A stretch of 62,231 nucleotides of DNA, counting the filler, from Rhabdomonas costata (Eukaryota), in NCBI GenBank assembly GCA_019059605.1. It is 31 parts of 31 records of this genome, joined end to end, with 100 filler letters (N's around TTAATTAATTAA, not from the genome) between each part and the next. Parts side by side here need not be neighbours in the genome. Positions count along the whole stretch, not along the records: positions 10,066 to 11,977 come from JAHMHO010007463.1; positions 12,078 to 13,989 come from JAHMHO010007464.1; positions 14,090 to 16,001 come from JAHMHO010007465.1; positions 16,102 to 18,012 come from JAHMHO010007466.1; positions 18,113 to 20,024 come from JAHMHO010007467.1; positions 20,125 to 22,036 come from JAHMHO010007468.1; positions 22,137 to 24,049 come from JAHMHO010007469.1; positions 24,150 to 26,061 come from JAHMHO010007470.1; 23 more parts are not named here. The stretch is one strand, 5' to 3'. Positions within the stretch are counted from its first letter, which is position 1. The number at the start of each line of letters is the position of its first letter. Both the position numbers and the translations under genes were made by a program. The notes under the pieces are model-generated. The model searched no databases, had not been told where the DNA came from, and was given only the letters and a program-made list of their open reading frames with translations. Shown here one piece after another: positions 11,523-24,777 of this stretch.

Positions 11523-13184
11523 GACCCTTCTCCAAAACGGGAAGGGGTTTTCTGGGGACACGGTGGCTCTCCTGCGCTTTCCTCGCCAGGACTCGGGAGG
11601 GGAAACCCCTCAAAGCTACCAAATGTGTGAGGAAGGGACGCGGGCGACCCCGTCGCCCTAGGGCGGGGGACGGCGATTTCTGTACGGATTTCTCGCCCCC
11701 CGATCCGTTTTCTTGCGGTTCCTTCCTTACGTGCTGGAACCCTCTTTCTCTTTGTGTGTGTCTTCCTAGATTCCACTTGGTGGTGTGCCACCCCCTGTGT
11801 AATCGGGGGAAGGGGACTAGGTGGCCTGCTCAACACCCATTCTGCGGCCCTTCTGACCTTAGAGACTCAGCGGTGGGGACAAGGGTTCCCACAACCCTTT
11901 CCCTTGGGCCCTGGTTCTTCCCCGCTTGCTTTAGCTTTCATGGGCCCCAGAATGGGTGTTGAGCAGGCCACCCAACCNNNNNNNNNNNNNNNNNNNNNNN
12001 NNNNNNNNNNNNNNNNNNNNNTTAATTAATTAANNNNNNNNNNNNNNNNNNNNNNNNNNNNNNNNNNNNNNNNNNNNGGGTGGGGGGTGGACTTGACACA
12101 CACAAGGTCAAGGCACAGACGAAGAAGTTGTTCGGCGCATTGTAGTCGGTTGTTCACGGATCGTGCCTTCGGAAGAAGCGAGAGGTTGCTCGCCTGACTT
12201 CACGTTGTGAGCGTGAGATTTTTTAATGCGTTGGCTTGGACAAAACTCATTCCGTCTCGGCGCACCATCGCACTCTTTTGAAATGTTTTGTCTTGCTTTG
12301 TTTTCTTTGTCACGAGTGGAAAAGAAGGCAAGCGAAATTGATGTATGCGAAGCTGCGAAACAGCAAGAAGATGACCTGGTGACACGTTTGGAGAATCTCC
12401 ACTTGGGCCGTTCGAGCTTGTCCTCGGGTGCGGCCCTTGGATGCAGGCGTCCGTTGTCGCAGTATGGTGGTGGTTCCGGGCCTGCGGGCGGGCGGATGAG
12501 GGTGTGCTCAAAGTGGACATCCGCATTCCCTACGACTGCAAAGCCTGCTTCCGTAGGTTGCAACGGCACAGCCCACAACTCCTGCGATGTGCCATGGAGC
12601 GTCTCAGGGGAGTGCAACTCGTGCTTGGGTATTCACGAGACGGAAACCACCGAAACTCAGTGTAAGCATATTTCCTTCACAATTTCCATCCACTTCAAAA
12701 CACTGAATTTTATGTGGTGCAGCGGTTTTTTAATTCGAAGTAGCAGAGAATTTTGGATTCTGGATAAGCAGAGATTGGAATTTATTTGACCCCCAAGCAC
12801 ACTCGCAAATTCTTTGCATCTCCTCTGCATAATTCCCCAATTACTGAATACTAAACTTCCCGAACCCAAACCAACATCAGTAAGCTAATCACCATTTCGC
12901 CGCCATTTTATTTTGTGATTTGTGGTTAGGGTGATTGCTCGATCAAACCCACACCTCCACCCATCCTTTTCTTTAACCGGCGGCGTGAATTGTTCAAGCT
13001 AAATGAAATATTAGACGTTGACGACGAGAAGATGCAGAGTGAATAAGGGGGAGGAGTCAAACACATCTTAAATAACTACAGGTTTTCTTCCATTCTTTTG
13101 TTTCGCACACGGAAAGTCTCTTCAACTTGAACAGTGACCCAGTAGCGGGAAAGTTGATAGGGCAGGCATTTGTAGCATTCCCAG

Positions 13185-13397
13185 GAGTTGAAGTGCGTTT
13201 CCAGTGCAGAGGAGCTACCGGAGTTCATCTGCAAGGATATGAGCGAAATGTGGACCTATACTAGCGGGAAATACCAGCTCCAAACGAGCTGCTCTCATCA
13301 TTCGTCCACGACCTCCACGGCGACGCGATTGAACCAGTGGTGGGAGGCGCTAATCGACGCCCAGATGGAGAAAGCATGGTTGAAACAGCCAGCTTGA
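13185..13397 (+). CDS. Probable terminal exon of an unknown protein (another candidate exon at 12447-12628)
   Basis: ccag| then open frame ELKCVSSAEELPEF...LNQWWEALIDAQMEKAWLKQPA*, followed by pyrimidine-rich UTR-like DNA; no family recognised. Confidence 0.35.
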   Translation, partial: ELKCVSSAEELPEFICKDMSEMWTYTSGKYQLQTSCSHHSSTTSTATRLNQWWEALIDAQMEKAWLKQPA

Positions 13398-14559
13398 CTA
13401 CAGAAACTCTTTCAAGGACTGCTTTTCCCTTCTCTCTCGCCCTCTTTCGTTGCACAAGCAGTCGCCCGTTATCTTCGCGATTTCGGCTCTTCTCTCCTCC
13501 ACCTCACCGCGTGCTAATAGTTGGGTGTTCGCGGCTGGCGTCTTTCCACCGCATGCCCACAACACGCAAGCACGCTCGCGTGCACGCACACAGGCACGCA
13601 TATACTCCACTCGAAACATTGCACCCTCTCCCCGTCCTCCCTCTTCTCCCTTCCTCTCTCCCTTCTTTCTTATTTGGTCCTGTCCGTCATGTCCATGACC
13701 TTTTTTCTTCGTTTTGGTCCCTTATCCTTCCCTCCGTCTGTTTTTGCACGCGCTTCACCCTCTCCTTCGTTCATTTCCTCACTGTTCAGGTTCTTTTCCT
13801 CTCCTCCCCTATCTCTATCTCCCATCACACACGCCCACTTCTCCTGCCTCCCCCTGCAAAATAATGGCTCTGCCACCACACAACCTGATGTCGTTAAATG
13901 CTTTCATCATCGAAGCTCTGAAGGTGACTCACTCAAAAGGCTCTGCTCTTTTACAACATGAAACGAAAGTGGTACTGCTGAATAAATCTNNNNNNNNNNN
14001 NNNNNNNNNNNNNNNNNNNNNNNNNNNNNNNNNTTAATTAATTAANNNNNNNNNNNNNNNNNNNNNNNNNNNNNNNNNNNNNNNNNNNNGGGAGATGAAC
14101 GATCGTACGGAGGGCGTTGGGATGGGTGGGTGGGGGGTATGTTCTGTACCGTATTTGACCGCTCCACCAATAGCTTTTCCTAGAGCCTTGGTACATCCGC
14201 GGGCTGATTGTTTTTAGCGTCATGATGAGGACTAGGACTGCGGTATACTATTGTTTTTCTGACCTTTACTTTCTCGCCCTTCAGCATTGTATTTTCCATG
14301 GCCCTGCGTTGGAGTTGCACTGCCTTCCCCTGCTTTCCTGCCCACGCGCTTTGAGTGTCTGTTTGTTTGTTTTCTGTTTGTGTGATTCCCGTGTGTACCC
14401 GTACCCCTTGCGAAGGCATCCCTACTCCTCGCCCTTCCGCCTTTCTTCCTCTTTGTAGGCGATGTCCTCTTCAGCGCAGGAGCTGTGAGAGTTGTCATCA
14501 TCAGTTCATTAGTATCTCCCGCCCAGGCTTCACCCTGTGAGGGGAAAGGTCTCGAAGCA

Positions 14560-15297
14560 ATGCAGCCGAATGGGCGGGCAATGGACCTGGAGTATATGCG
14601 TATACATCAGGTGCCCAAGCTGTTCAACACGTTGGCGTCCGATCTTCTCAGAGGTTGGCAACACCACAGACTCGCTCACACATGCACCTGGGTGCAGGAG
14701 CGCGGGACACCATTACTTCTCTTAATAACTCACCTTTGCTTGGATGTTAGCGTGGTCATGGTACCCTAACTCGTGACACGCGTGCAATGGTTGCATGCTC
14801 AAATATCTATGTTCATGCAATGAATGGTGGATTGGCTCCGTGAGTCAGCACCTATTGCGCAAAAGATCTCTGGACGCAACCACGATCCCCACCTCTACAT
14901 CCACATCCTGCTTCCGCATCAGTGGGTGTTATCACAGGATCGATACAGCTTATTGGCACAAGAACAAGAACAAGAGCGCAATGTGCTGTTAGTATTTGAC
15001 TGCTGGGTCCTTCCCACCGATGACAGATACCACAGGAGAATGAGATTGACACAAACAGCAATTGGAGCAGATGCAGTATATGTTTAAGCCACTATCACCA
15101 CCCCTTCTCTCTCTCGTCCGCTGAATTACCCTCCCCCCCCTCAAGACCGGCCGGAGGATATTCTATCGTACCTCTCGCACTGGGCGGTGGCGAAGCTTCC
15201 CGCGCCCAGCAAGGACCTGTCTGCGTCCATCGCGGTGCCCGAGACGACGAAGGCGAAGTACCCTGGCCCAAGTATCTGCGGGGTGACTCGCGATAGG
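14560..15297 (+). CDS. Protein with N-terminal RIIa/Dpy-30-like dimerisation-docking domain (exons 14560-14653, 15146-about 15270/15297)
   Basis: In-frame GT-AG join gives MDLEYMRIHQVPKLFNTLASDLLRDRPEDILSYLSHW, matching the Y....i..l...l...ll..rPedp..fl..y pattern. Confidence 0.75.
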
Positions 15298-16101
15298 GTA
15301 AAGCCGGAGAGCTGTTGAAGGGGTGATGCCTTGGAGAGAAGTGCATTTATCTGTTTGGTCGGGCATGGTGCTCATAACCAACTTTCTTGACCACCCAGTT
15401 GACAATATGAAACCCGCTCTTTCGGGTTTGGGATCAAGAGGCTTCGCGAACACTTGCGGACAAAGGCGGAACATCCAGCAGACACATCAGGTGGCCCAGT
15501 GTAGTGCTGACACACTCGAATATGAGAGACGGTGATCGAAGTAAATCCGTGCCTCAGGGCAATAACTGCCATCATCATCCAACAAAAATGCCGTTTTATT
15601 GAAATGTGAAGTGCGCTTCGCTGGCGTCTCCTGTATTTTCGATGGACTAGGATGTACCAGCGACTAGTCGTTTGGTTGCTGCCATTTTTTTTCACAAAAA
15701 AGCGCCGAAAGGGCCCATATCGAGCCTAATGTGAGGATAGAGCCAGCTCCTCGACGCGGTTATGTATGGCTGGGACGTGTGCGCCCACATGTGTATCGGG
15801 TTGTTACGATTGCTGCTTGTTGCGATGTGACGCACAGCTCTAAACCGGCAGTCCAGCATCAACTTTCACCGCCGCACCAGCCGAGCAGAGGTCCCTCCGG
15901 AAAGGCTTTCCTACCCGCCATTGCCTCACCCCTCCCGAGGTATGCTATGCTTCCTCATGAAGACTTGACTTTTGCTAGTCCTTTTGATGACACCACACAC
16001 ANNNNNNNNNNNNNNNNNNNNNNNNNNNNNNNNNNNNNNNNNNNNTTAATTAATTAANNNNNNNNNNNNNNNNNNNNNNNNNNNNNNNNNNNNNNNNNNN
16101 N

Positions 16102-18012
16102 AGCGTATTTGATGGTGCTGGGTGGATTGGTGAAGCTTTCTGTGGTTCCGTTGTATGTGTGTGTGCAGGGTGTAGGTGTTGTGTGCAGGGTATTCGTTGG
16201 TCGGTGTGATCCCGTGCTGTGGTGTGGCTTTCATTGTGCTCTCTGGGTTGTGCCTGGTCAGTGGATTGTGGGTTTGGCATTCTCTTTCTCGTCAGGTCCG
16301 TGGGGTTAGTGTGGTGGATGTTCCGGTGCTGGTATTGGTCTGTGTTACGCCGGTGTTTGTGCTGAGTTGTGGTATTCCTGATGTGTCTGCTGTGGGTTCG
16401 TTGTGTGTTCTCGAAGTTCTTTCCTATCCGGCTTTGCACTCCCAAGATGGTATCCAAGTGTTTGTTGGCTTTGCTTCCTCGCGCGTATGTTCTTATTGTA
16501 TTCTTATGTAGGGTTATGCTGTAGGTGCAGGTGTAGTCGTAGTTTTAGCTGTAGTCATAGGGATTGGTGTTGTTGGTGCGTAGTGTGTCGGAGTCAACCA
16601 TGCTCTCTGTGCCTGTCTCTGTTGCTTTGGGTTGGTGTGCTTGCTGTTGGTCGGTCTCACGTTGGTCCTGTTGCTGTGCGTTGGGTTGGTTGGTGTCGTG
16701 TCGTGTGTCCTGTTGATCGGAGGGTTGGTGTCGGTGGTGGTGGTGGGATTGGCGTCGTTGGTGTCGGTGGTGTGTTGGCTGTGCTTGGTGTGTGCTGGTG
16801 CTGTGGCTGCTGTGGGTCTGGTGGTGGGTCAGGGTCTGGTGGTCTGGTGGGTTGTGGAGTCGGTGTTGTTGCTGTGGTGGTAGTGGGCTGTGGTGCTGTA
16901 GTGCTGTCAGGGTGTGAGGGGCTGTCAGGATCGGAGGGTTAGGATGTTGCTGGTTGGGTTTCTTGCTTCTGTGGTAGTAGCGTAGTGACCTGTTGTTAGT
17001 GCTGCTGTTGTGCTTGTAGGGTGGTGGTTGTGGCGATGTTGGAGGGTGGAGGGTGCGTGTTTGTTGGAGGGTGCGTGTGGTTCCTGCTGTAGTGTTGGGT
17101 ACGTGCTGTTGTTGTCCTGGTCTGTAGTGCTCTGTGTTGGAGTGAGGGTGAGTGAGGTGGGTTGGTGGCGGAGTGTGTCGAAGGGTGTGAGTGTTGTCTG
17201 TAGCGCTTCTGTAGTGGTGTCATGGTGAGTGTGGATGTTGGGCTGCTGGTGGTGAGTATGGAGGGGTTGTGTCAGGAATCAAGGGTGTCAGAGGGTATGA
17301 GTCAAGGGAACTCAGCATGACTCTAACATGACTCTCTACCTGAAGCATGAACTCACCCTCTATCGCGATGCCCTCTACTACGGATGGCTCGCTGACGGAC
17401 CCATCCTTCGTACTGTAGGGATAGAGTGTAAGGGTGAAGGCTGACATCCCCTCCCACCAGCTGAGCCCTTGACATCCACTTCACTGTTGGGGTATTCACC
17501 GTAGGGATAGTGGTGATGGTGTTGGAGTGGGGATGTCAGCCTTCCTACTCCTACTACGCTACGCTTCGTGACTCTATTCCTTCTACGGGCATGCCTCCTG
17601 ACGTCGACATGCCCATGTATTCCTATTCGCTGCGCTCATGCACTACTCCTACTTCGCGATGTCCACAGCGTGACCATCGCTACGTGACCAATGGAAAGTG
17701 TGAGCGTAAAGGCCCCGCAGGGTGAGAAGACGCTCCGGCGACGCTCTCACTACGTTCGTTACGCTTCGCTCCACTCACTACGTTCTAAAGTTGAACTCAA
17801 AGGGTGTATTCTTCTTGTCGGGATGTCCTTCACTGCGTTACGGCCATCCCTCCACTTGTATTCCTACTCGCTACGCTCGTGCGTACCGGTGTACGCTCAT
17901 GCTACGCCTTGTAAGGCGCTCGCTGTCGGTAAACAGGGAGCCCGGCTATCCATGAAACTGAGTGTGTTACAAGCCTCACAGACGTAATTTGCCCTTATTT
18001 AGCCACACAACA
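16102..18012 (-). mobile_element. Unclassified strand-skewed element, copy A: C/A-rich decayed ORF region (16102-17280) plus hairpin-rich non-coding region (17380-17910)
   Basis: Extreme G+T skew on +; repeated TCGCTNCGCTC / TCACTNCGTTC motifs and nested inverted repeats; same architecture as 28174-30069. Confidence 0.5.
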
Positions 18013-18118
18013 NNNNNNNNNNNNNNNNNNNNNNNNNNNNNNNNNNNNNNNNNNNNTTAATTAATTAANNNNNNNNNNNNNNNNNNNNNNNNNNNNNNNN
18101 NNNNNNNNNNNNTTTTTT

Positions 18119-18601
18119 TTGTTCGTCCTACAAAATCTTAAGCAAAAGGAGGTGTTCCTGCCGTTGCGCTTCTCGACCCCTGGGCAGGGCAGTGTGAGCT
18201 GCTACTTTAAAGGCCAGCACCTTGCCTTCTTCTTCACAGTTGATCCACACCCCACCCGGAATACGGATCGCGAGGTGTACATGATCTGCATTGGAATGAA
18301 CCGAGGTTCCTTCTCTTACATCCGAAAGTGCAACAAGAAAGGCGAGCCTGTGTTGGTTGGGAAACGCGATGAAGTTCCGCAATTCCAAAAGACCTTTGGC
18401 CCTCTGTGGATCTCCATCCTGAATGGAGATATTGCTGTCGGAAGAGGCACCAGCTTTTCCGCTGAGGAGGTGTTCATGAGTTACCGCGACAGCAGTCCGC
18501 TGCAGTTCACCCATCTTGCGGTAAGCAACTACGAGTCCAGCGTGGAGCTGCGCGACTTGGTGTTGCAGGACGCTCCAAAGTCTGCTGCTCATACTTCGTA
18601 A
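18119..18601 (+). CDS. C-terminal farnesoic acid O-methyltransferase-like (Methyltransf_FA) domain
   Basis: YMICIGMNRGSFSYIRK...LWISILNGDIAVGRG...FMSYRDSSPLQFTHLAVS matches Y.i.iG...n..S.IR...fWi....G.i.VG.g...fm.w.D..p; 5' end truncated. Confidence 0.75.
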   Translation: MFVLQNLKQKEVFLPLRFSTPGQGSVSCYFKGQHLAFFFTVDPHPTRNTDREVYMICIGMNRGSFSYIRKCNKKGEPVLVGKRDEVPQFQKTFGPLWISILNGDIAVGRGTSFSAEEVFMSYRDSSPLQFTHLAVSNYESSVELRDLVLQDAPKSAAHTS

Positions 18602-19889
18602 TCCCTAAGGGGCTTTTGGGGGGGGGCATCACTACTGGATGTGTGTTTGTTCCTTCGCGTGGTTGTGTGGTAGTTTTTGTTGGTTCGGTGCTGTGTTGGG
18701 TTGCTTTGCCGCCCCGAAGTTGATCTGCCGCAATACACCTAGATACGGTTGCCTCGTTGCGTTGAGAATCGCGATAATGTTTCCTTTCGAAATTGCATTG
18801 CATTGTCTGAACTGGTGTGTGTGGTGTATGTGTGTGTGGTGTGTGTGGTGTGTACGTTGCGTGTGGCCATGTTGCGGGAGTATTCGAAAGCCCGCTGGAG
18901 GAAGAAAAGACCACCCACCCACCCAAACCATGCCGTGTTCACAAATTGGGACTGGGCGAGCGCAGATGGATGGAGCTCCAATGAACTGCGGTTTGATGCG
19001 CCCGTATGGTTTCTCAAGATCCCCCGCCGTACCCCGAGAAGCGGCCAGGCAGCGGAAGAGAATTTGAACTCCCGCTCGAGGCAGAAAAGAATTCCACCAA
19101 AACAAAACAATGCATTGTGGACATGGTGTGTGGGTGGACGTGGGTGGGTGGTTGTGTTTACTTCGATTCCTGCCAAGTTACTGTTAACTGAGAGCTGTGG
19201 CGTGTTCTGCTTCAACCTTTGAATTTCCTTCGCCAAGCCGCGCGGTGCTGTCTCGCTTCCCCAACCGTGCAAGCAGGCTGCCGACTCCCTCCTTAACTGG
19301 CGGCATTTAGCAATCTTTATATGGATAGTTACACCCCAAAACTCAGAAAAATGTATGTGTCGTATTTTAAAACCTGGATAAGATGCGATTTGCGTTTTTT
19401 TTTAAAATTTGTCATGCCCCAGGCTGCGTGATGGAGCGGGGGCATTTCTGGGGGTGTTATTAACGAGCGACGAAATTGAGATTGTGTTGTCGTGAATTGA
19501 GCACAACATGCGCGGTGTCATGTTGAAGGAAACCTGACAAATAAAACCAAGGATTTGTAAGAAGTATGGGCATTTCATCATAGCCTGTCAAAGCTCTTTG
19601 AATAATGCAAAACGACCGCATATGCAAAGCTTCACAAAAGGGTGGACCCAGGCAATACAAATAGGACATAGGAAACCAAACCCAAAAATGACCCCAAAAC
19701 GACTGAAAGTTGCTTGAAAGGAACAGAACCAAACCGAAAAAAGAGCTGACGGGACGGATTTCCATGTGAGGGTGAAGTGCTTCTTATTGGAGAGTCTGAA
19801 ATTTATATAGGGGAGACTCTCCATGTGATTTTTGACCCCCCCCCCTCGCCCTTGCATTACCCCTGCTGCTTTGTTTGGATCTATGTGAA

Positions 19890-20020
19890 GTGGTGCAGTT
19901 TGAAACACCTTTTTCTTCACTTCAAAACTTCAAGAGCGATGCAGACCTCTTCCCCGGCAAGAGGTCTGCATCGCTCTTGAAGTTTTGAAGTGAAGAAAAA
20001 GGTGTTTCAAACTGCACCAC
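19890..20020. repeat. Perfect inverted repeat at contig end (62-bp arms, 7-nt loop), likely amplification fold-back
   Basis: 19890-19951 is the exact reverse complement of 19959-20020. Confidence 0.9.
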
Positions 20021-22142
20021 CACCNNNNNNNNNNNNNNNNNNNNNNNNNNNNNNNNNNNNNNNNNNNNTTAATTAATTAANNNNNNNNNNNNNNNNNNNN
20101 NNNNNNNNNNNNNNNNNNNNNNNNGTTGTGTGTTTCACCTGTCACCTGTAAAACAGAATAATAATAACAAATATTTCATGGTGGTTGGTGGCTATGGCTC
20201 TGACCACTGACACGTTTCACTGGAAAAAGCAGTGTTGTATATTACCATAAAACAGCTGGAGAGCAATGCTTATCTGAGTGTGAAAAGTCTTGCGTCGGCT
20301 TGGCGAGCTGGTTCTTCGTCGGTTTATGTGAACGAGTCCTTGCCTTGAGAAAAAAGTCTGCTTCCTCCGCTTTTGCGGCTGGATAGAAACGACTTGCCTT
20401 GGAGATGAGGTAAACATGCATACACAAATACAAGCAAAGCTGGAATGGCGTAGGTCGTAACTTTTTAGTTTGCTATCAAGTGTGGCGGATTAGGACCTCG
20501 GCGTGTAAAAGTAACACGCACAGCCTTACAGGATATTGTTATTGGTGATGGGTGACACAAAAGAAAGATTAACAATCAATCTGTATAATGTGATTTATGG
20601 CAAACTAAAATCACACACCCAAAAATACAAAGAAAACACAATTTTATAGGGGTTTTGCCGCCTGCTTCCCATGATCTCTAGTTCATTCAGTCACGGAACT
20701 GCATTAAAAGACCACATAAAAGCAACCAATAAGTTCACATAGTATCACAGAATACGAAGCAAATCAACCGAAGAGATAATGATTAAAAGGAGCAGCTTTG
20801 GCTTGGTCAGCGGTCCGAATCACTCGGTCTTTGTTTCCGGGTTTTTGTGCAGATCGACCAAACATTTATCCGGTTATCGAGCCGGTCAAAGCGTTGTTTT
20901 GATTTGTTTCTTGGCTTACAGAATTATCTAATTGGCATTTCTGTAGGATGACGCGGCGAGAATTTCTGTGTTATACAGTCCATTTTCAGATCAAAGGCAA
21001 AAGCAAACTGCCATTATCCGTTTTCTGATTCGGACTACAGTAACGGGAAGCTAGATGAGACTTTTTTTCTGAAAGTCTAGCGCCAAAACATGCACACACA
21101 GCCCGAGGAAAGCTAGGAGCATCGATCTAACCTGAAGTCTCTGATGATGGAGACGGTTTTGTGGGAACTTTGACTAGATATTATAGATGATAGTCGAGAG
21201 CAAGACCCTACATGCCAAAGCCATATATCAGGGCACGTCGCCGTTGTGCTTCTTTTTTCACTCCTGGCACCTTTTTTGTCCATTAATCGTTTTTACAACA
21301 TATTTTGGAAGTACGTGTGCATACACAATAGGAATAAGGATGCTGAAAGCGGTCTCCGTAACTCCCCTTCATAAAGCAACCTCCATCCGAGTCCCAGACA
21401 GAAATTGCAAGTCTCTTTCAGGTCGACGCTCCTACTTTGCTATTTCATCATTTCCCCACATACCACAGCATCCATGGAAGAACGAGCCTGGTTTCGGAAT
21501 GGACGTTTGTTCGTACAAACGCCCTCGCATGTTAACATTTTACAATCCAGTGTGTCCGATACTTTCTATTGGCCACAGGACGGAAAAGCAGGCAAATTTT
21601 CGCCAATTTGAAACATGTTATTATCTGAATACATTCAATTCCGTACAGCAAACACATATTCCATACAGCACATGCTCTCCTTGAATTTTTTCCGTAGTTT
21701 TTCTCTTACCCGATCCTCTTTGGCATTCGTCCTGTGTAATGATTTGTGTCAACAGCCTTGGTGGAAGGCGGACTCGGCGCAAATGCTTTCACCCAACATC
21801 CCTATGCAGAGGTACTTTTTGAGCAAATGACCTTTCAATCCATTCCCCATTCATTGCTACTGTTTCTCTCCCTGCACAATACCCGTTGTCTTTTTCGTGC
21901 TTTTCTTCCTGCTTTTTTATTCCTTTGGTACCTTTCCCCCGCAAATTTTTTGGTCACTTGACATTACCGGCTAGTTTTGAAATTCGCCACCGCATTAGCC
22001 CAAAACCAAATGAATCTAACTGGTAACCACACAAAANNNNNNNNNNNNNNNNNNNNNNNNNNNNNNNNNNNNNNNNNNNNTTAATTAATTAANNNNNNNN
22101 NNNNNNNNNNNNNNNNNNNNNNNNNNNNNNNNNNNNTTGGGT

Positions 22143-22263
22143 GACACAGCAAATCTTGCTGCTGTGCTCTTCTCCTGGCGTTCTGACAAGGGTGACGGCG
22201 ACGGTGCGTGCCTACAGGCAAAACGCCACAGGAGAAGAGCACAGCAGCAAGATTTGCTGTGTC
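22143..22263. repeat. Inverted repeat at contig start (35-bp perfect arms), likely fold-back
   Basis: 22143-22177 is the reverse complement of 22229-22263. Confidence 0.85.
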
Positions 22264-23700
22264 GCCCTACCAGCAACACAATCGGACAGACAGAAGACAG
22301 AACGGAAGCGGGCGGGGGCGGGCATTGGGCAGAGGAGTGGGCGAGATCCGGACATCACGGGCAGAGAAAGATGAAGGAGTGACGGCAGTGGTAGTGAAAC
22401 CGAACCCACTGGGTTCCTACAAGAAATGAGTGACAGCCAGAAACCAAAATGAAAGGCGTTGGTCGCCGCAGCGAGGGATGCATTCGTGGGAGCCGTGATG
22501 ACCGCACGTCGGGAGAATGAATGGATGCAGACATGAGAAAGCGAATGTAAAAGACGCTGAGAGAAAATAGGACAAGCACTAAAACACCGTTGCGAAAGCG
22601 TGGAAAAAAGGGTCAGTCAGAATGCCGCGACAGTCTAAAGAGATCTCTCGGGTTGGGGCAGATCGAAAAGGCAGAGGGAGGGAACCAACCCATGACACCA
22701 TGGCTTGTACCACCATGACAACCATGACAATCACAATCCATCCAATGGAAAGAACAGGCTGTCAGTTCTGGCGAATAAAGGCAACGGTTGTGACGGTGGT
22801 GAAGGATGCTGAAGGATGTGACAAAAATCTGACAACTGGATTCTGGGGGAAAAGGGTGCAAAGAAGACCAGGGGTAAAGAGGGCAAGCGGACCAGTAAAG
22901 TTGAAAACCAAAATGTAGCACTCCCCGGGGAGGGGGGGGGATGGCAAATTCGGAGATGCATGAGAGAGGCGAGTGCATGAGAAAGCGCAAAACCCGGGGG
23001 GTAGGCAGCATTCGTATTGGACAAGAATGAAGGAGAATAAGAATCGGGTGGATGTACACGGAGCACGTCTCCAAGCAACGCTCCATAAGAGCAGAGCACA
23101 GAAATGCAGACAGAACCACAACGCCTGGTTTGTCGACGTGGCGGCTGACACAGTCGAAGGAGGGAGATGTGGGCGAGAAGTAAGGCGGAGGGCGGAGGAG
23201 CAGATTCCAGAAAACATTGTCGGGTAAGCATGACGGAGTGGCGGTAGCGGTGGTGGTTGCGCGGAAACGCCACAGTTCCCACAAAAGATAAGGTCAGGAG
23301 CACTGGCGAAAGTTCAAAAACAGCAAGGGCTAACTCGAGCTTGCCCAAGAAATGAGCAGGCATCGGAGTTCGTTGCAACTGTGGGGGACACATTCCCGAT
23401 AGCCCCGATGACGGCGGATGGGGGCGGGGTTATCGAGACATGGCAAAGAAAAAAGGCATGAGAAAGCCAAGGAAAAAGCACTGCGAGAAAAAAACCAAGG
23501 ACAAGCACTAAAACAACGCAGCAAAGGCATGAACGCATCCCATTGAGAAGGTAGAAACACTCTAAAGAAAAATACTCTTGGGGAGTAGCTAAACCGAAAA
23601 CGTCAGGGAGAGAACCCGGAAACTCATTCACCGGACGCAAAGACTTTTGCACCCAATTCTAGGGGTAGGGGCGGCCCGCTAGACGGTGGACAACGGCCTT

Positions 23701-24049
23701 TCAGCGAAAAGTGAAGTAGATCAGGTATTCCGGAAGGGCCTGCGACTTCTCAAAGATGACGAACTCCCGGTGGATCTGCCGCCCCGCAGCTCCGCCAACC
23801 CCACTGGGGATCCCCGGGTTCACCACAAGGCTGTCATGCAGAATCCCCTGGGTGTCGGTTTCTGGGGGGCGCTTCAGCTCCTCGCACCTTCCCGTGGCAT
23901 ACGACACCAGCCCAAGGGTGACCCGGCAGTACAGCAGGCACCGGTGCCCATCCCGGTTCGCGACCTTGCAGTCAGCAAGGGACATGCAGGCCTCCTGCGC
24001 GAAGTAGATCCCTTTGCCGTACAGCCCCTCCTTGGATAGGCGAAGGTCG
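23701..24049 (-). CDS. PARP/ADP-ribosyltransferase catalytic domain, C-terminal half
   Basis: DLRLSKEGLYGKGIYFAQE...RCLLYCRVTLG...HDSLV...HREFVIFEKSQALPEYLIYF*; carries the catalytic Tyr and Glu motifs. Confidence 0.92.
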
Positions 24050-24777
24050 NNNNNNNNNNNNNNNNNNNNNNNNNNNNNNNNNNNNNNNNNNNNTTAATTA
24101 ATTAANNNNNNNNNNNNNNNNNNNNNNNNNNNNNNNNNNNNNNNNNNNNGGGGTTGTGTGTGTGTTTGGTGGTTGTGTCGGAGGAGCGAGCCAACGTGCG
24201 CAGCATGGAGGACTTTGAAATGGTGCATTTTCGTGAGGGGGGGAGGCTGCGTGAGCGGTTGCGAGTAAAAGGGTCCTTCTGTATTTTTATTAATGCCTAG
24301 CTTTGCTTGGCGGCTCATCGCGTTCTGAGTAGTCCTGATTTTGTTGACCAGCACAACGTGATCTGTTATGAAGCTATGAGAACACATGTGATGCTGGTCA
24401 CCCCGCGAGCTACCCGGCAAATCGTCACTTCCGAGCAAACCTGGCGGGTCTGAATGTTTGCCGCGCAAATAGGGGAGAAAGGGTTTGCTATTGTTGCACT
24501 TGACTTTCCCCAGAGCTCTTCTCCCATTCCCTTTATCTCCCTGTCCATCGCAAATCTCAATTCCTGCACCACAACTGTTTCGGGGTCACCACAACCGTAC
24601 AGGTCTTGGCAAAAATACCGGGAAATAGCTGCTCTTCTCTGCACCGAAATTAGCAGGAAGGCGCGTTGCCTAACCCGATTGATGGCCGTTTAACCTTCAT
24701 CTGGGGTTGGCCCGAGTTTTGGCGACGATTGGCTCTGCCATCAAGTCCTCTCGTCGGGGATGCGCACCCCATCTCAG

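Noticed and set aside
16176-17228. Val/Gly/Cys/Trp-rich plus-strand ORFs as membrane or mitochondrial proteins (also 29488-29805)
   Set aside because: The composition follows from the G/T skew, and no respiratory-chain motif was recognised.
19890-20020. Pre-miRNA, MITE or hairpin telomere
   Set aside because: A perfect arm ending at the contig terminus is the same pattern as the demonstrable fold-back at 52289-52460.
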